Shown: positions 10,715-19,409, counted from the stretch's first letter. The stretch is DNA of 64,000 nt from an uncultured virus (IMG/VR IMGVR_UViG_3300029305_010146) (IMGVR_UViG_3300029305_010146); one strand, 5' to 3'. Notes: generated from the letters alone by a model not told the origin. Program-made: numbers and translations.

Positions 10715-12925
10715 ATGACCATTATTAAAAGAAATGGGTCAGAAGTATCATTTGATATCTCGAAGATTCAAAATGCTATCAGAAAAGCCAGTTTAGAAGT
10801 TGAAGAGTCTCACCAATTATCCGAAGACGATATCATCTTTATTTCACAACAAGTAGAAAAGGTATGCGAAAAAAGACATCGTTCTCTCAATGTTGAAGAG
10901 ATTCAGGATATTGTTGAGGAAAAACTCATTCAATACAATTATGCCGAAGTTGCTCGTTGCTACATTAAGTATCGTTTCAAGCACGAACTTATCCGTAAAG
11001 GCAACACAACCGACGAACAAATTCTTTCCCTCATTGAGAATGCTAATGAAGAAATCAAACAAGAAAATGCTAACAAGAATCCCACGGTAAACAGTGTGCA
11101 ACGCGACTACATGGCAGGAGAAGTAAGTAAAGACATCACAAGAAGAATCCTTCTTCCTAACGATATCGTTACTGCTCACGACAAAGGAATTATTCACTTC
11201 CATGATGCAGACTATTTCGCACAACATATGCACAACTGTGACCTTGTTAACCTTGAAGATATGCTTCAAAACGGTACGGTTATTAGCGGTACAATGATTG
11301 AAAAACCACACAGTTTTTCTACCGCATGTAACATAACAACACAAATTGTAGCACAAGTTGCATCGTCACAATATGGCGGTCAAAGTTTTTCATTAACTCA
11401 CCTTGCCCCATTCGTTGATGTATCTCGTAAAAAGATTCGCAAACAAGTGGTCGAAGAAGTTAATAAAGGCATTGAATGTGGCGATTTACCACTCGAAGTT
11501 GACAGCGACAAATATAATAGATATATTACTCGTGTAGTCGAAAGTAGAGTAAGAGACGAAATTAAACGCGGTGTTCAAATGATTCAATATCAAGTAATCA
11601 CTTTGATGACTACAAATGGTCAAGCACCTTTTGTAACCGTATTTATGTATCTTGGCGAAACACAAGACAAGCAAACCAAAGACGACCTTGCTCTCATCAT
11701 TGAAGAAGTTCTTAAACAGAGATATGAGGGTGTGAAGAATGAAAAAGGTGTATGGATTACACCAGCATTCCCAAAACTCATCTATGTTCTTGAAGAAGAC
11801 AATATCCATGAGGACAGTCCATATTGGTATTTGTCCGAACTCGCTGCTAAATGCTCCGCAAAGCGACTTGTGCCAGACTACATTAGCGAAAAGAAAATGC
11901 TCGAACTAAAAATCGACAAGAATGGCGATGGACATTGCTACACCTGCATGGGATGTCGCTCGTTCCTCACACCTTTCGTTGATGAGAACGGTAAACCAAA
12001 ATACTATGGTCGTTTCAACCAAGGTGTCGTAACTATTAACTTACCTTATGTTGCATTAGCAGCAAAAGGTAATATGGATGAATTCTGGAAGATTTTCGAC
12101 GAAAAATTAGAACTTTGCCACAAGGCATTGCAATGCAGACACGAACGTCTTACAGGAACTCTTTCCGATGCTGCTCCAATTTTGTGGCAGTACGGTGCTC
12201 TCACTCGTCTCAAAAAAGGCGAAACCATTGATAAGTATCTCCACGGTGGTTATAGCACAATTTCCCTTGGTTATGCTGGTCTTTGGGAGTGTGTATATGC
12301 TCTTAATGGTCATAAGTTAACTGAACCCGAAGGCGAAGCATTAGGTTTGGAAATTATGCACAAACTCAATGAATATACTGGTAAATGGAAGAAAGCGGAG
12401 AATATCGACTACTCACTCTATGGTACACCAATGGAATCTACGACATATAAATTTGCAAAGGCACTGCAGAGAGATTTCGGTGTAATCAAGGGTGTTAGCG
12501 ATAGAAACTTCATCACCAATAGTTACCATGTTCATGTCGAAGAAGAAATCGATGCATTCTCAAAATTGGAATTCGAAGCAAAATTCCAGCAACTTTCCCC
12601 AGGTGGTGCAATCTCTTATGTTGAAACACCTAATATGCAGGACAATCCCAAAGCAGTTCTCGAAGTTATGAAATTCATCTATGACCACATTATGTATGCA
12701 GAGTTAAATACAAAATCTGACTATTGCCACGAATGCGGTTATGATGGTGAAATCAAAATTATCGAAGATGAAACAGGCAAACTTATTTGGGAATGCCCTA
12801 ACTGCGGTAATAGGAATTTCAGCAAAATGAATATCGCAAGACGTGTGTGCGGTTACATTGGTTCTAATGAAGTTAACCAAGGTCGCTTACAGGAATACGA
12901 TAAGAGAGTTATTCACTTAACCTAA
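10715..12925 (+). CDS. nrdD: Anaerobic (class III) ribonucleoside-triphosphate reductase
   Basis: N-terminal ATP cone, HNC, MGCRS, CxxC...CxxC, RVCGY glycyl-radical motif. Confidence 0.96.
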   Translation: MTIIKRNGSEVSFDISKIQNAIRKASLEVEESHQLSEDDIIFISQQVEKVCEKRHRSLNVEEIQDIVEEKLIQYNYAEVARCYIKYRFKHELIRKGNTTDEQILSLIENANEEIKQENANKNPTVNSVQRDYMAGEVSKDITRRILLPNDIVTAHDKGIIHFHDADYFAQHMHNCDLVNLEDMLQNGTVISGTMIEKPHSFSTACNITTQIVAQVASSQYGGQSFSLTHLAPFVDVSRKKIRKQVVEEVNKGIECGDLPLEVDSDKYNRYITRVVESRVRDEIKRGVQMIQYQVITLMTTNGQAPFVTVFMYLGETQDKQTKDDLALIIEEVLKQRYEGVKNEKGVWITPAFPKLIYVLEEDNIHEDSPYWYLSELAAKCSAKRLVPDYISEKKMLELKIDKNGDGHCYTCMGCRSFLTPFVDENGKPKYYGRFNQGVVTINLPYVALAAKGNMDEFWKIFDEKLELCHKALQCRHERLTGTLSDAAPILWQYGALTRLKKGETIDKYLHGGYSTISLGYAGLWECVYALNGHKLTEPEGEALGLEIMHKLNEYTGKWKKAENIDYSLYGTPMESTTYKFAKALQRDFGVIKGVSDRNFITNSYHVHVEEEIDAFSKLEFEAKFQQLSPGGAISYVETPNMQDNPKAVLEVMKFIYDHIMYAELNTKSDYCHECGYDGEIKIIEDETGKLIWECPNCGNRNFSKMNIARRVCGYIGSNEVNQGRLQEYDKRVIHLT

Positions 12926-12950
12926 TATAAAAACTAAAGGAGTACTGATT

Positions 12951-13271
12951 ATGTATATAGAGACAAGTAAAATGTATCAGAAACTATTAGATAAAGAAAC
13001 TGGTTTATTGATTCGTGATACAATCTCTCTATGCCTTTCAGTACTCCTTATCATATTAATTTTATTACTAAAACTAACACTAATTCCAATTATTCTATTG
13101 ATAATCTCTACTCTATATTTTACAATTTCTGTTTTTAGACTTGTTATGAGATTCAAATCTTACAAGAAATATAATGCTCTTTATAAAGAATCTTGTACAA
13201 AAGAGAAAGAGGTTTTGGACAAATGTCCATATTTTATCGATAGTGACGGAACACACTATTATCATTCATAG
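12951..13271 (+). CDS. Hypothetical membrane protein between nrdD and nrdG
   Basis: AGGAG RBS, two hydrophobic helices. Confidence 0.6.
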   Translation: MYIETSKMYQKLLDKETGLLIRDTISLCLSVLLIILILLLKLTLIPIILLIISTLYFTISVFRLVMRFKSYKKYNALYKESCTKEKEVLDKCPYFIDSDGTHYYHS

Positions 13272-13281
13272 GAGGAAGATT

Positions 13282-13797
13282 ATGTATTATACAGATATTT
13301 ATAAAACAGACACGACAAATGGTGTCGGTGTTAGAGTTGTTCTTTGGACATCTGGTTGTTCACACCATTGCAAGGATTGCCACAATCCGCAAACTTGGTC
13401 TCCGACAAACGGCAAACCTTATACCGAAGAAACAACAAAAGAAATTTTAACAGCACTTAACAAATCTTTTATTGACGGCATTACTCTTTCTGGCGGAGAC
13501 CCACTTTTTAGTGGAAATCTGCAGGAAATCAATAAGCTAATTAAAACCATTAGAGCAGAACTCCCCAATAGAACAATTTGGATTTACAGTGGTTTTACTT
13601 GGGAAGAAATTCACTCTTCCAATGAACCCGATATGATTTTAAGAAAAGAAATCGTAGAAAATTGTGATATTTTTGTTGACGGTCGTTTTGAACTTGCAAA
13701 GAAAAATATCAGATTAAAGTACTGTGGTTCAGAAAATCAAAAAGTCATTGATGTCAAAGAGACATTGAAAAATAACAAAATTATTTTATTTACATGA
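13282..13797 (+). CDS. nrdG: Anaerobic RNR activating radical-SAM protein
   Basis: NGVGVRVVLWTSGCSHHCKDCHN, SGGDP, DGRF, GSENQ; ATG 13282 after AGGAGG. Confidence 0.94.
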   Translation: MYYTDIYKTDTTNGVGVRVVLWTSGCSHHCKDCHNPQTWSPTNGKPYTEETTKEILTALNKSFIDGITLSGGDPLFSGNLQEINKLIKTIRAELPNRTIWIYSGFTWEEIHSSNEPDMILRKEIVENCDIFVDGRFELAKKNIRLKYCGSENQKVIDVKETLKNNKIILFT

Positions 13798-13811
13798 AAG
13801 GAGACATAGTT

Positions 13812-14258
13812 ATGTCCGAAAAAATGATGATTAATGTTAAAAAGGTTAAGAAAGATGCAAAATTGCCATTCCAAGGTTCCACAGGCGCCGCAGGTTGGGA
13901 CTTGTGTGCTTGTATTGCAGAAACAATTCTTATTCCTCCTCATTGCACAGTTAAAATCGGAACTGGTCTTGCTTTTGAGATTCCCGATGGTTACTTCGCA
14001 GCATTGTTTGCAAGAAGTGGTATTGCCACAAAACAAGGTTTAAGACCCGCTAATTGCACTGGTGTTTGCGACTCCGATTATCGTGGAGAATACATTGTTG
14101 CTATTCATAACGATAGCGACGAACAGCAGTTTGTTCATCCCGATGAAAGAATTGCACAGATGATTGTTATGCCTTATCTTCCAGTTACTTTTAACGAAGT
14201 TGAAGAACTCGATGAAACCGAACGTGGTGCTGGTGGATTTGGTTCAACAGGCAAATAA
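13812..14258 (+). CDS. dut: Trimeric dUTPase
   Basis: AGWDL, ARSG, DSDYRGE, ERIAQ, RGAGGFGSTG. Confidence 0.95.
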   Translation: MSEKMMINVKKVKKDAKLPFQGSTGAAGWDLCACIAETILIPPHCTVKIGTGLAFEIPDGYFAALFARSGIATKQGLRPANCTGVCDSDYRGEYIVAIHNDSDEQQFVHPDERIAQMIVMPYLPVTFNEVEELDETERGAGGFGSTGK

Positions 14259-14374
14259 ATACAATAATTAAACATAATCGTCCCGTATTTTCGGGACGAT
14301 TTTTATATTTTGTGGTTGACAATGGACAGAGATTGTGGTATAATAATATAAGAAAATACAAGGGAGAATAGTTT

Positions 14375-15358
14375 ATGAATATTAGAGAAAACATTGAAAA
14401 AAGAGAACATGAAATTTTAAGTCCTTATGCAGCAAAGTCTTCGGAAAGTCTCGGAAGGTATAAAAAAGATACAGTGCTTGACCCTGTAAGAACTTGTTAT
14501 GCAATTGACAGGGATAGAATTATTCATAGTTTCTCATTTAGAAAAGAAAAAGATAAAACACAAGTGTTTATTCTACCCACAAACGACCATTGTATGAATA
14601 GATTAACTCATACACTCGAAGTTGTGCAGGTTGCCAAAAGTATTGCTGTTGCTCTCAATCTTAACGAAACATTGGCAGAGGCAATTGCCCTTGGGCACGA
14701 CACAGCACACACTTGTTTTGGTCATGCAGGAGAAAGAGCACTTGATAAATTATGTAGTACTGGTTATATTCATGCAAATGAAACTTTCAGACGATTGAAT
14801 GTTATCGAAAATCTCAATCTCACAAAAGAGGTTATTGATGGTATGAAAAATCATTCTGGTCTTTCTAATAATCCTGCCGCACTAACACTTGAAGGACAGA
14901 TTGTTCCTTTCGCAGACAAAATTGCATATCTCACATCTGACTTCGAGAATGCGATTGATATGGGCATTATTGCCGATTTGCCAGATAGGGTGAAAATGAA
15001 GTTAGGTTCTACAAAGGGCAAAATTATCAACACCCTAATCACATCCATTATCAATGCTTCTTATGATAAAAAACAAATCAAGATGGAAGATAATATTTTC
15101 GAAGAAATGAAATATTTCAGAGAATTTGCATTCAACGAAATTTATTTCAGTAAAAAACTTGTTGAAGAAAATGAAAAAGCATGTCATATTATTGAACATC
15201 TATTTGAATATTATACCAAGCACCCTTGGGAAATGAGTGAGGTGTCTGACCCTGATAATGTAGAAAGAAGTGTTACTGACTACATTGCTGGAATGACAGA
15301 CACATTTGCTCTTAATGAATACGAAAAGCATTTTTCGATTACCAGACGATTTTATTAA
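14375..15358 (+). CDS. HD-domain dGTP triphosphohydrolase-like protein
   Basis: DRDRIIHS, KTQVF, RLTHTLEV, LGHD, FGHAGE, ADKIAY, DYIAGMTD. Confidence 0.88.
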   Translation: MNIRENIEKREHEILSPYAAKSSESLGRYKKDTVLDPVRTCYAIDRDRIIHSFSFRKEKDKTQVFILPTNDHCMNRLTHTLEVVQVAKSIAVALNLNETLAEAIALGHDTAHTCFGHAGERALDKLCSTGYIHANETFRRLNVIENLNLTKEVIDGMKNHSGLSNNPAALTLEGQIVPFADKIAYLTSDFENAIDMGIIADLPDRVKMKLGSTKGKIINTLITSIINASYDKKQIKMEDNIFEEMKYFREFAFNEIYFSKKLVEENEKACHIIEHLFEYYTKHPWEMSEVSDPDNVERSVTDYIAGMTDTFALNEYEKHFSITRRFY

Positions 15359-15372
15359 GGGAGGTCTCCCAC

Positions 15373-16635
15373 ATGGAGAATAACAAAAACAATATCAATG
15401 CAGAGGAAACGAAGGTTGAAGAAACCGTTGTTTCTCCCGAAAAAAAGAAAATTCCTTGGAAAGAAAAAACAAAGAAACAAAAATTTGATTCGGTTTGTAA
15501 TATTATTGGACCAATTCTTATGATTGTAGCATTTGTCTTGTGTTTTAGAACTGGTGTTCTTTACAAGGAAATGATGCATTATCAAAAAGAAGCAACGGAT
15601 TACGAATATGTTATGATGCTTCTTGAAAGTCAGTACACTGACGATTATGATAAAAATGTCGCAATGAATAATGCAATTAACGGTTATTTAAGTTCTATTG
15701 GAGATAAATATGCGTATTATCTTTCCCCAGAACAGCATGAAAAGCACGAAATGTCAAGCAATGGAGAAAAGATTGCATTAGGTATCACATTTGATGTCAA
15801 GGACGACCAGTTATATGTTTCCAATTTAGAAAAGGAAAGCGCTGCCGAAAACTCTGGCATCAAAATTGGCGACAGACTTATTTCTATTAAAGAAAAAAAT
15901 GTCGAAACTTATGCAGAGTATATTGCTTTCTTCATTAACAATTCTTTTAACGAAAACGAAGAAGTTAAAGTTGTAGTAGAAAGAGATAATGAAAATTTAG
16001 AATTCATTATTAAACCCAAAAAGACAATTGTAAAACTATCAAAGTCCGAAGTAATTGATAACATCCTCTACATTGAATTAAGTACATTTAGTGAAAAATC
16101 TTTCACAGAAATTGATGAAGTTATTAAATCCATCGAAACCAAATATGATGGCATTATCCTTGATTTGCGAGACAATGGTGGTGGTGCATTAGATTCGTTA
16201 GAGAAAATCGCTGGTATGTTTATGAAAGATAAACTTATTGCAGAATTCAGATACAAGAACGAAACCGAGAAATGTTATACAAAGGGCGGAAATGCATTTA
16301 CTGATTTACCCCTTGTTGTATTGGTAAACGGGAACAGTGCAAGTGCATCTGAATGCCTTACTGGTGCATTAAAGTGTCACGAAAGAGCAACAATTGTCGG
16401 AACTCAAACATTTGGCAAGGGAATTGGTCAATCTACATATCAATGTCCAAATGGAGGATATGTTACTTTTACCACTTCTAAATATTATTTACCAAATGGC
16501 GAATGTATCCACGAAGTAGGCATTACACCAGATATTATAGTTGAGTTACCAAAGGAAGTTGTCGATGGCGATGCAGAATTAACAAAAGATAATGATACCC
16601 AGTTACAAAAAGCAATTGAATTATTAAAAAAATAA
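15373..16635 (+). CDS. S41 carboxyl-terminal processing protease with PDZ domain
   Basis: TM anchor, DLRDNGGG, SASASE, TFGKG, GITPD. Confidence 0.9.
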   Translation: MENNKNNINAEETKVEETVVSPEKKKIPWKEKTKKQKFDSVCNIIGPILMIVAFVLCFRTGVLYKEMMHYQKEATDYEYVMMLLESQYTDDYDKNVAMNNAINGYLSSIGDKYAYYLSPEQHEKHEMSSNGEKIALGITFDVKDDQLYVSNLEKESAAENSGIKIGDRLISIKEKNVETYAEYIAFFINNSFNENEEVKVVVERDNENLEFIIKPKKTIVKLSKSEVIDNILYIELSTFSEKSFTEIDEVIKSIETKYDGIILDLRDNGGGALDSLEKIAGMFMKDKLIAEFRYKNETEKCYTKGGNAFTDLPLVVLVNGNSASASECLTGALKCHERATIVGTQTFGKGIGQSTYQCPNGGYVTFTTSKYYLPNGECIHEVGITPDIIVELPKEVVDGDAELTKDNDTQLQKAIELLKK

Positions 16636-16658
16636 TTTAAAACTTTTTAAAAAAACAC

Positions 16659-16687
16659 TTGACAAATGAAAATCAATGTGTTATAAT
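16659..16687 (+). promoter_or_regulatory. Sigma-A promoter of tRNA operon 1
   Basis: TTGACA-17-TATAAT with extended TG. Confidence 0.85.
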
Positions 16688-16728
16688 GAGTGTACAATAA
16701 AGAAATCAAGAGAAAGGGGTTCGCAATT

Positions 16729-16830
16729 ATGATGAATCTTCACAATTATGATTATAGACATCTTAATAACGATAACGAACGTAGTGCCGATTCATATTTG
16801 CGAGTCACTGCTTGTTTTTCTGCGGCCTAA
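16729..16830 (+). CDS. Leader peptide 1 (Asn/Asp-rich, 33 aa)
   Basis: AAGGGG RBS; MMNLHNYDYRHLNNDNERSADSYLRVTACFSAA. Confidence 0.75.
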   Translation: MMNLHNYDYRHLNNDNERSADSYLRVTACFSAA

Positions 16831-16856
16831 AGGCCAAAGAACTGATGCAAGATTAT

Positions 16857-16898
16857 TCCCAGTGACTGTGGCACATGCAGTTACTGGGATTTTTTATT
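16857..16898 (+). terminator. Attenuator terminator 1
   Basis: TCCCAGTGACTG/CAGTTACTGGGA stem plus T tract just before tRNA-Asp; 5' arm complementary to AGTCACTG at 16803-16810. Confidence 0.8.
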
Positions 16899-16905
16899 GA
16901 ATTAT

Positions 16906-16982
16906 GGCTCGGTAGTTCAGATGGTCAGAGCGCCAGCCTGTCACGCTGGAGGTCGTGGGTTCGAACCCCATCCGAGTCGCCA
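16906..16982 (+). tRNA. tRNA-Asp(GTC)
   Basis: Cloverleaf, CCAGC-CTGTCAC-GCTGG, CCA. Confidence 0.95.
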
Positions 16983-17115
16983 CAAATCCAAACTTAAAAA
17001 AGTCAGAACAAAGGGGATAGGAATAACCCTTCCAGAGACCTCGTGCCTGCACAGGACTTGTTTAGTGGTGTTTGGTCAATACATGTTAGTACTTTGCCAC
17101 TTTCCTATTTAATAC

Positions 17116-17192
17116 GGCTCGGTAGTTCAGATGGTTAGAGCACTGGTCTGTCACATCAGAGGTCACGGGTTCGAACCCCGTTCGAGTCGCCA
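17116..17192 (+). tRNA. tRNA-Asp(GTC)
   Basis: Cloverleaf, CTGGT-CTGTCAC-ATCAG, CCA. Confidence 0.94.
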
Positions 17193-17197
17193 TATAT

Positions 17198-17273
17198 GGG
17201 GCCATAGCTCAGTTGGGAGAGCACCAGCCTTGCAAGTTGGGGGTCGTGGGTTCAAGCCCCACTGGTTCCACCA
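17198..17273 (+). tRNA. tRNA-Ala(TGC)
   Basis: Cloverleaf with G3:U70, CCA. Confidence 0.95.
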
Positions 17274-17296
17274 CCCATTTTTATGGGATTATATAT

Positions 17297-17449
17297 TCCT
17301 CGTTAGCTCAGTAGGTAGAGCAAGCGGCTGTGGTAAATTAGCATAAGTAATGCATATTTATCTGGACGGATAAATAGGATATGAGTTCAAATCTTGTATT
17401 TACCTCCATAACCGCTGGGTCGCAGGTTCGAGTCCTGCACGGGGAGCCA
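17297..17449 (+). tRNA. tRNA-Asn(GTT) interrupted by a 77-nt insert (17332-17408) in the anticodon
   Basis: Joining 17297-17331 to 17409-17449 gives a canonical 76-nt tRNA with AGCGG-CTGTTAA-CCGCT, G discriminator and CCA. Confidence 0.85.
17332..17408 (+). ncRNA. tRNA-like cloverleaf nested inside tRNA-Asn
   Basis: GGTAAAT/ATTTACC acceptor, GCAT/ATGC D stem, 8-bp anticodon-position stem, TTCAAAT T loop, TCCA end. Confidence 0.8.
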
Positions 17450-17464
17450 TGAGATTTGGCCAAA

Positions 17465-17707
17465 AACATCTTTAATAAAAGTTAAAATATTTGCAAAAGC
17501 ACAAAAATATTGCATAATAAAATTATAATAGATAAACTTACAACCAATTAGGTAAGTTTTGCCAAGGGTAAGTTAAATAATATCTATTCCAAAATGTATC
17601 CCATTAGGGTAGAGGTAATGTGTCTTGCCTTAATGGTGGGTTATCCCATCATTAGAAGCACCCACTTCAGAAAAATCGTTAGAATTTTTAAGTGGTGTGT
17701 AGTTCAC
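17465..17707 (+). mobile_element. Possible non-autonomous IS200/IS605-type remnant
   Basis: 3' end GAAGCACCCACTT...AAGTGGTGTGTAGTTCAC resembles TnpB-element right ends; no ORF; left boundary uncertain. Confidence 0.4.
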
Positions 17708-17759
17708 AGGCCAAATTCTCAACCTATTAAATATAACTCCATAATAATGGAGTTTATAT

Positions 17760-17838
17760 CTCCCGATAACTCAGTCTGGTAGAGTGCTTAAATATTTTAT
17801 TTAAGAGGTCGTGGGTTCAAATCCCATAAAGGAGACCA
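17760..17838 (+). pseudogene. Degenerate tRNA gene, anticodon unassignable
   Basis: Good D arm, T arm and CCA, but three acceptor mismatches and an aberrant CTTAAAT-ATTTT-ATTTAAG arm. Confidence 0.65.
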
Positions 17839-18141
17839 AGTCCAAACGCCTCTGCCCAAGGTTGCAAGCGGACCACTTGGACTGCTTGAAAAAAAGTTAA
17901 AATCCTGCTTTTGTAGGACCGACTCTTTGGGATTGATTACCCCAAAAAGGGTTGCTCCAGTTTTGGTTGAACCGCATTTCCAACTCAACAGTCCTAATCA
18001 AACTTTTGTTTTGGAATACTTAATTTACAATATTGTAGCGGGAATATCGATTACATCAAAAAATTCTTTGTTATTTGGATTACAAAATTTTTTATTTTTT
18101 CATTAAATCGATTTCAATATTCGCAATATCGTATTTTATAT

Positions 18142-18226
18142 GCAAGATTGGTGGAATTGGCAGACACGCTGGTTTTAGGCACCAGTACCGTAAGGTTTGT
18201 GGGTTCAAGTCCCACATCTTGTACCA
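18142..18226 (+). tRNA. tRNA-Leu(TAG)
   Basis: Type II cloverleaf, CTGGT-TTTAGGC-ACCAG, CCA. Confidence 0.93.
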
Positions 18227-18348
18227 TGTGCTTCGGCACACCGACAACATAGTTGTCAGTCCAGTGTACACAAAGGACACCATCCAACAGACTTAATGAT
18301 GGAGAGGAGAAACCTCGTGAAACTTTTAGTCAGTTATACACTTCCGAC

Positions 18349-18415
18349 GGCACCGACACATTGATAGGTGAGGTTTTTCGGGAAAGTTTAACCGAGTTCG
18401 AGTCTCGGCGGTGCA
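18349..18415 (+). ncRNA. Short tRNA-like RNA without CCA
   Basis: GCACCG/CGGTGC stem stacked on CCGAG-TTCGAGT-CTCGG T arm; no canonical anticodon loop. Confidence 0.5.
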
Positions 18416-18458
18416 TTAGGGTAAAGAGTGTATGACAAAACTGCCCCCACAAAAATAT

Positions 18459-18536
18459 GTCCCGTTAGCTCAGTTGGAATAGAGCACCGCTCTTCTAAAG
18501 CGGGTGTCATTGGTTCGAGTCCAATACGGGATGCCA
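18459..18536 (+). tRNA. tRNA-Arg(TCT)
   Basis: CCGCT-CTTCTAA-AGCGG, CCA. Confidence 0.94.
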
Positions 18537-18572
18537 TGAAGAAAATATTTTTTCAAATTATAAAAAAAGTAG

Positions 18573-18601
18573 TTGACAAACCTCAAATTATGTGATATAA
18601 T
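18573..18601 (+). promoter_or_regulatory. Sigma-A promoter of tRNA operon 2
   Basis: TTGACA-17-TATAAT with extended TG. Confidence 0.85.
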
Positions 18602-18622
18602 CACAATGTAAATAAGACCTAT

Positions 18623-18709
18623 GCAGAATTGGTGGAATAGGCAGACACGCCGTCTTGAGGGGGCGGTGCCAGTAATGGCGTATGAGTTCAAGTCTCATAT
18701 TCTGCACCA
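18623..18709 (+). tRNA. tRNA-Leu(GAG)
   Basis: Type II cloverleaf, CCGTC-TTGAGGG-GGCGG, CCA; lies upstream of leader 2. Confidence 0.93.
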
Positions 18710-18758
18710 TAAACAAATTATTAAACTATCAAATTTTTTAGAAAAGGAGTAAATCAAA

Positions 18759-18872
18759 ATGAAGTTCAATATCACTTTTGTACATGAATATGAATATCGC
18801 TATGAACACAGGATTTCAAACATTGAGTCTGTGTCTATTCGTCGTGCAAAAAATGGCGATATTGACCACTAA
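18759..18872 (+). CDS. Leader peptide 2 (His/Glu/Tyr run, 37 aa)
   Basis: AAGGAG RBS; MKFNITFVHEYEYRYEHRISNIESVSIRRAKNGDIDH. Confidence 0.8.
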   Translation: MKFNITFVHEYEYRYEHRISNIESVSIRRAKNGDIDH

Positions 18873-18900
18873 AAAGGTTTACTTCAAAAAGTAGAAGTTC

Positions 18901-18945
18901 AATGCCTGATGACTCAATGTTAGAGTTGTCAGGCATTTTTATTTT
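18901..18945 (+). terminator. Attenuator terminator 2
   Basis: AATGCCTGATGACTC/GAGTTGTCAGGCATT stem plus T tract; 18911-18921 is the exact complement of 18819-18829. Confidence 0.85.
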
Positions 18946-18953
18946 ATCAATAT

Positions 18954-19065
18954 AGGGGAGTATGCAAGTGGCCAAAGCAAGGAGCGGTGAACTCCTGTTG
19001 TTTTAGACTTGGGTGCACATGTGGTCTTTACAACTTCGTTGGTTCAAATCCAACCTCCCCTACCA
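18954..19065 (+). tRNA. Atypical Tyr-body tRNA with GTG at anticodon position and about 40-nt variable arm
   Basis: AGGGGAG/CTCCCCT acceptor, loop CGGTGAA (G33), A discriminator, CCA. Confidence 0.6.
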
Positions 19066-19071
19066 ACATAT

Positions 19072-19159
19072 GGGGCAGTATGCATAGCGGCGATTGCAGC
19101 GGGCTGTAAACCCGTGACATTAAGAAACACCGTTGGTTCGAGTCCAACCTGCCTCACCA
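19072..19159 (+). tRNA. tRNA-Tyr(GTA)
   Basis: GCGGG-CTGTAAA-CCCGT, long variable arm, CCA. Confidence 0.9.
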
Positions 19160-19166
19160 TCAGCAT

Positions 19167-19242
19167 GGTGCTATCGACAAGTGGTTTAAGTCGTCGCCCT
19201 TTCAAGGCGGAGTCACGGGTTCGAATCCCGTTAGCATCACCA
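19167..19242 (+). tRNA. tRNA-Glu(TTC)
   Basis: TCGCC-CTTTCAA-GGCGG, CCA. Confidence 0.93.
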
Positions 19243-19246
19243 ATAT

Positions 19247-19330
19247 GGGAGAGTAGCAAATCGGCAACTGCGGCGGTCTGTAAAACCGTTCCTTATAGGG
19301 TAGTGGGGTCGGCACCCACCTCTCCCACCA
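19247..19330 (+). tRNA. tRNA-Tyr(GTA) with variant T loop GTCGGCA
   Basis: GCGGT-CTGTAAA-ACCGT, CCA. Confidence 0.85.
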
Positions 19331-19334
19331 ATAT

Positions 19335-19409
19335 GGCACTTTGGTCAAGCGGTTAAGACACTGCCCTTTCACGGCAGTAACACGGGTTCGAATCCCGTAA
19401 GTGTCACCA
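19335..19409 (+). tRNA. tRNA-Glu(TTC)
   Basis: CTGCC-CTTTCAC-GGCAG, CCA. Confidence 0.94.

Noticed and set aside
10359..13271. Stop-codon recoding (suggested by theta ribozymes)
   Set aside because: fhs ends normally at TAG, genes are intact in the standard code, and no convincing suppressor tRNA was seen.
16700..16900. T-box riboswitch explanation for the three leaders
   Set aside because: No T-box consensus (TGGNACCGCG) or stem I; translated leader ORFs explain the pattern better.
18285..18335. Hammerhead-like core (TAATGA...GAAA)
   Set aside because: CUGANGA is not intact and stems I and III cannot be built convincingly.
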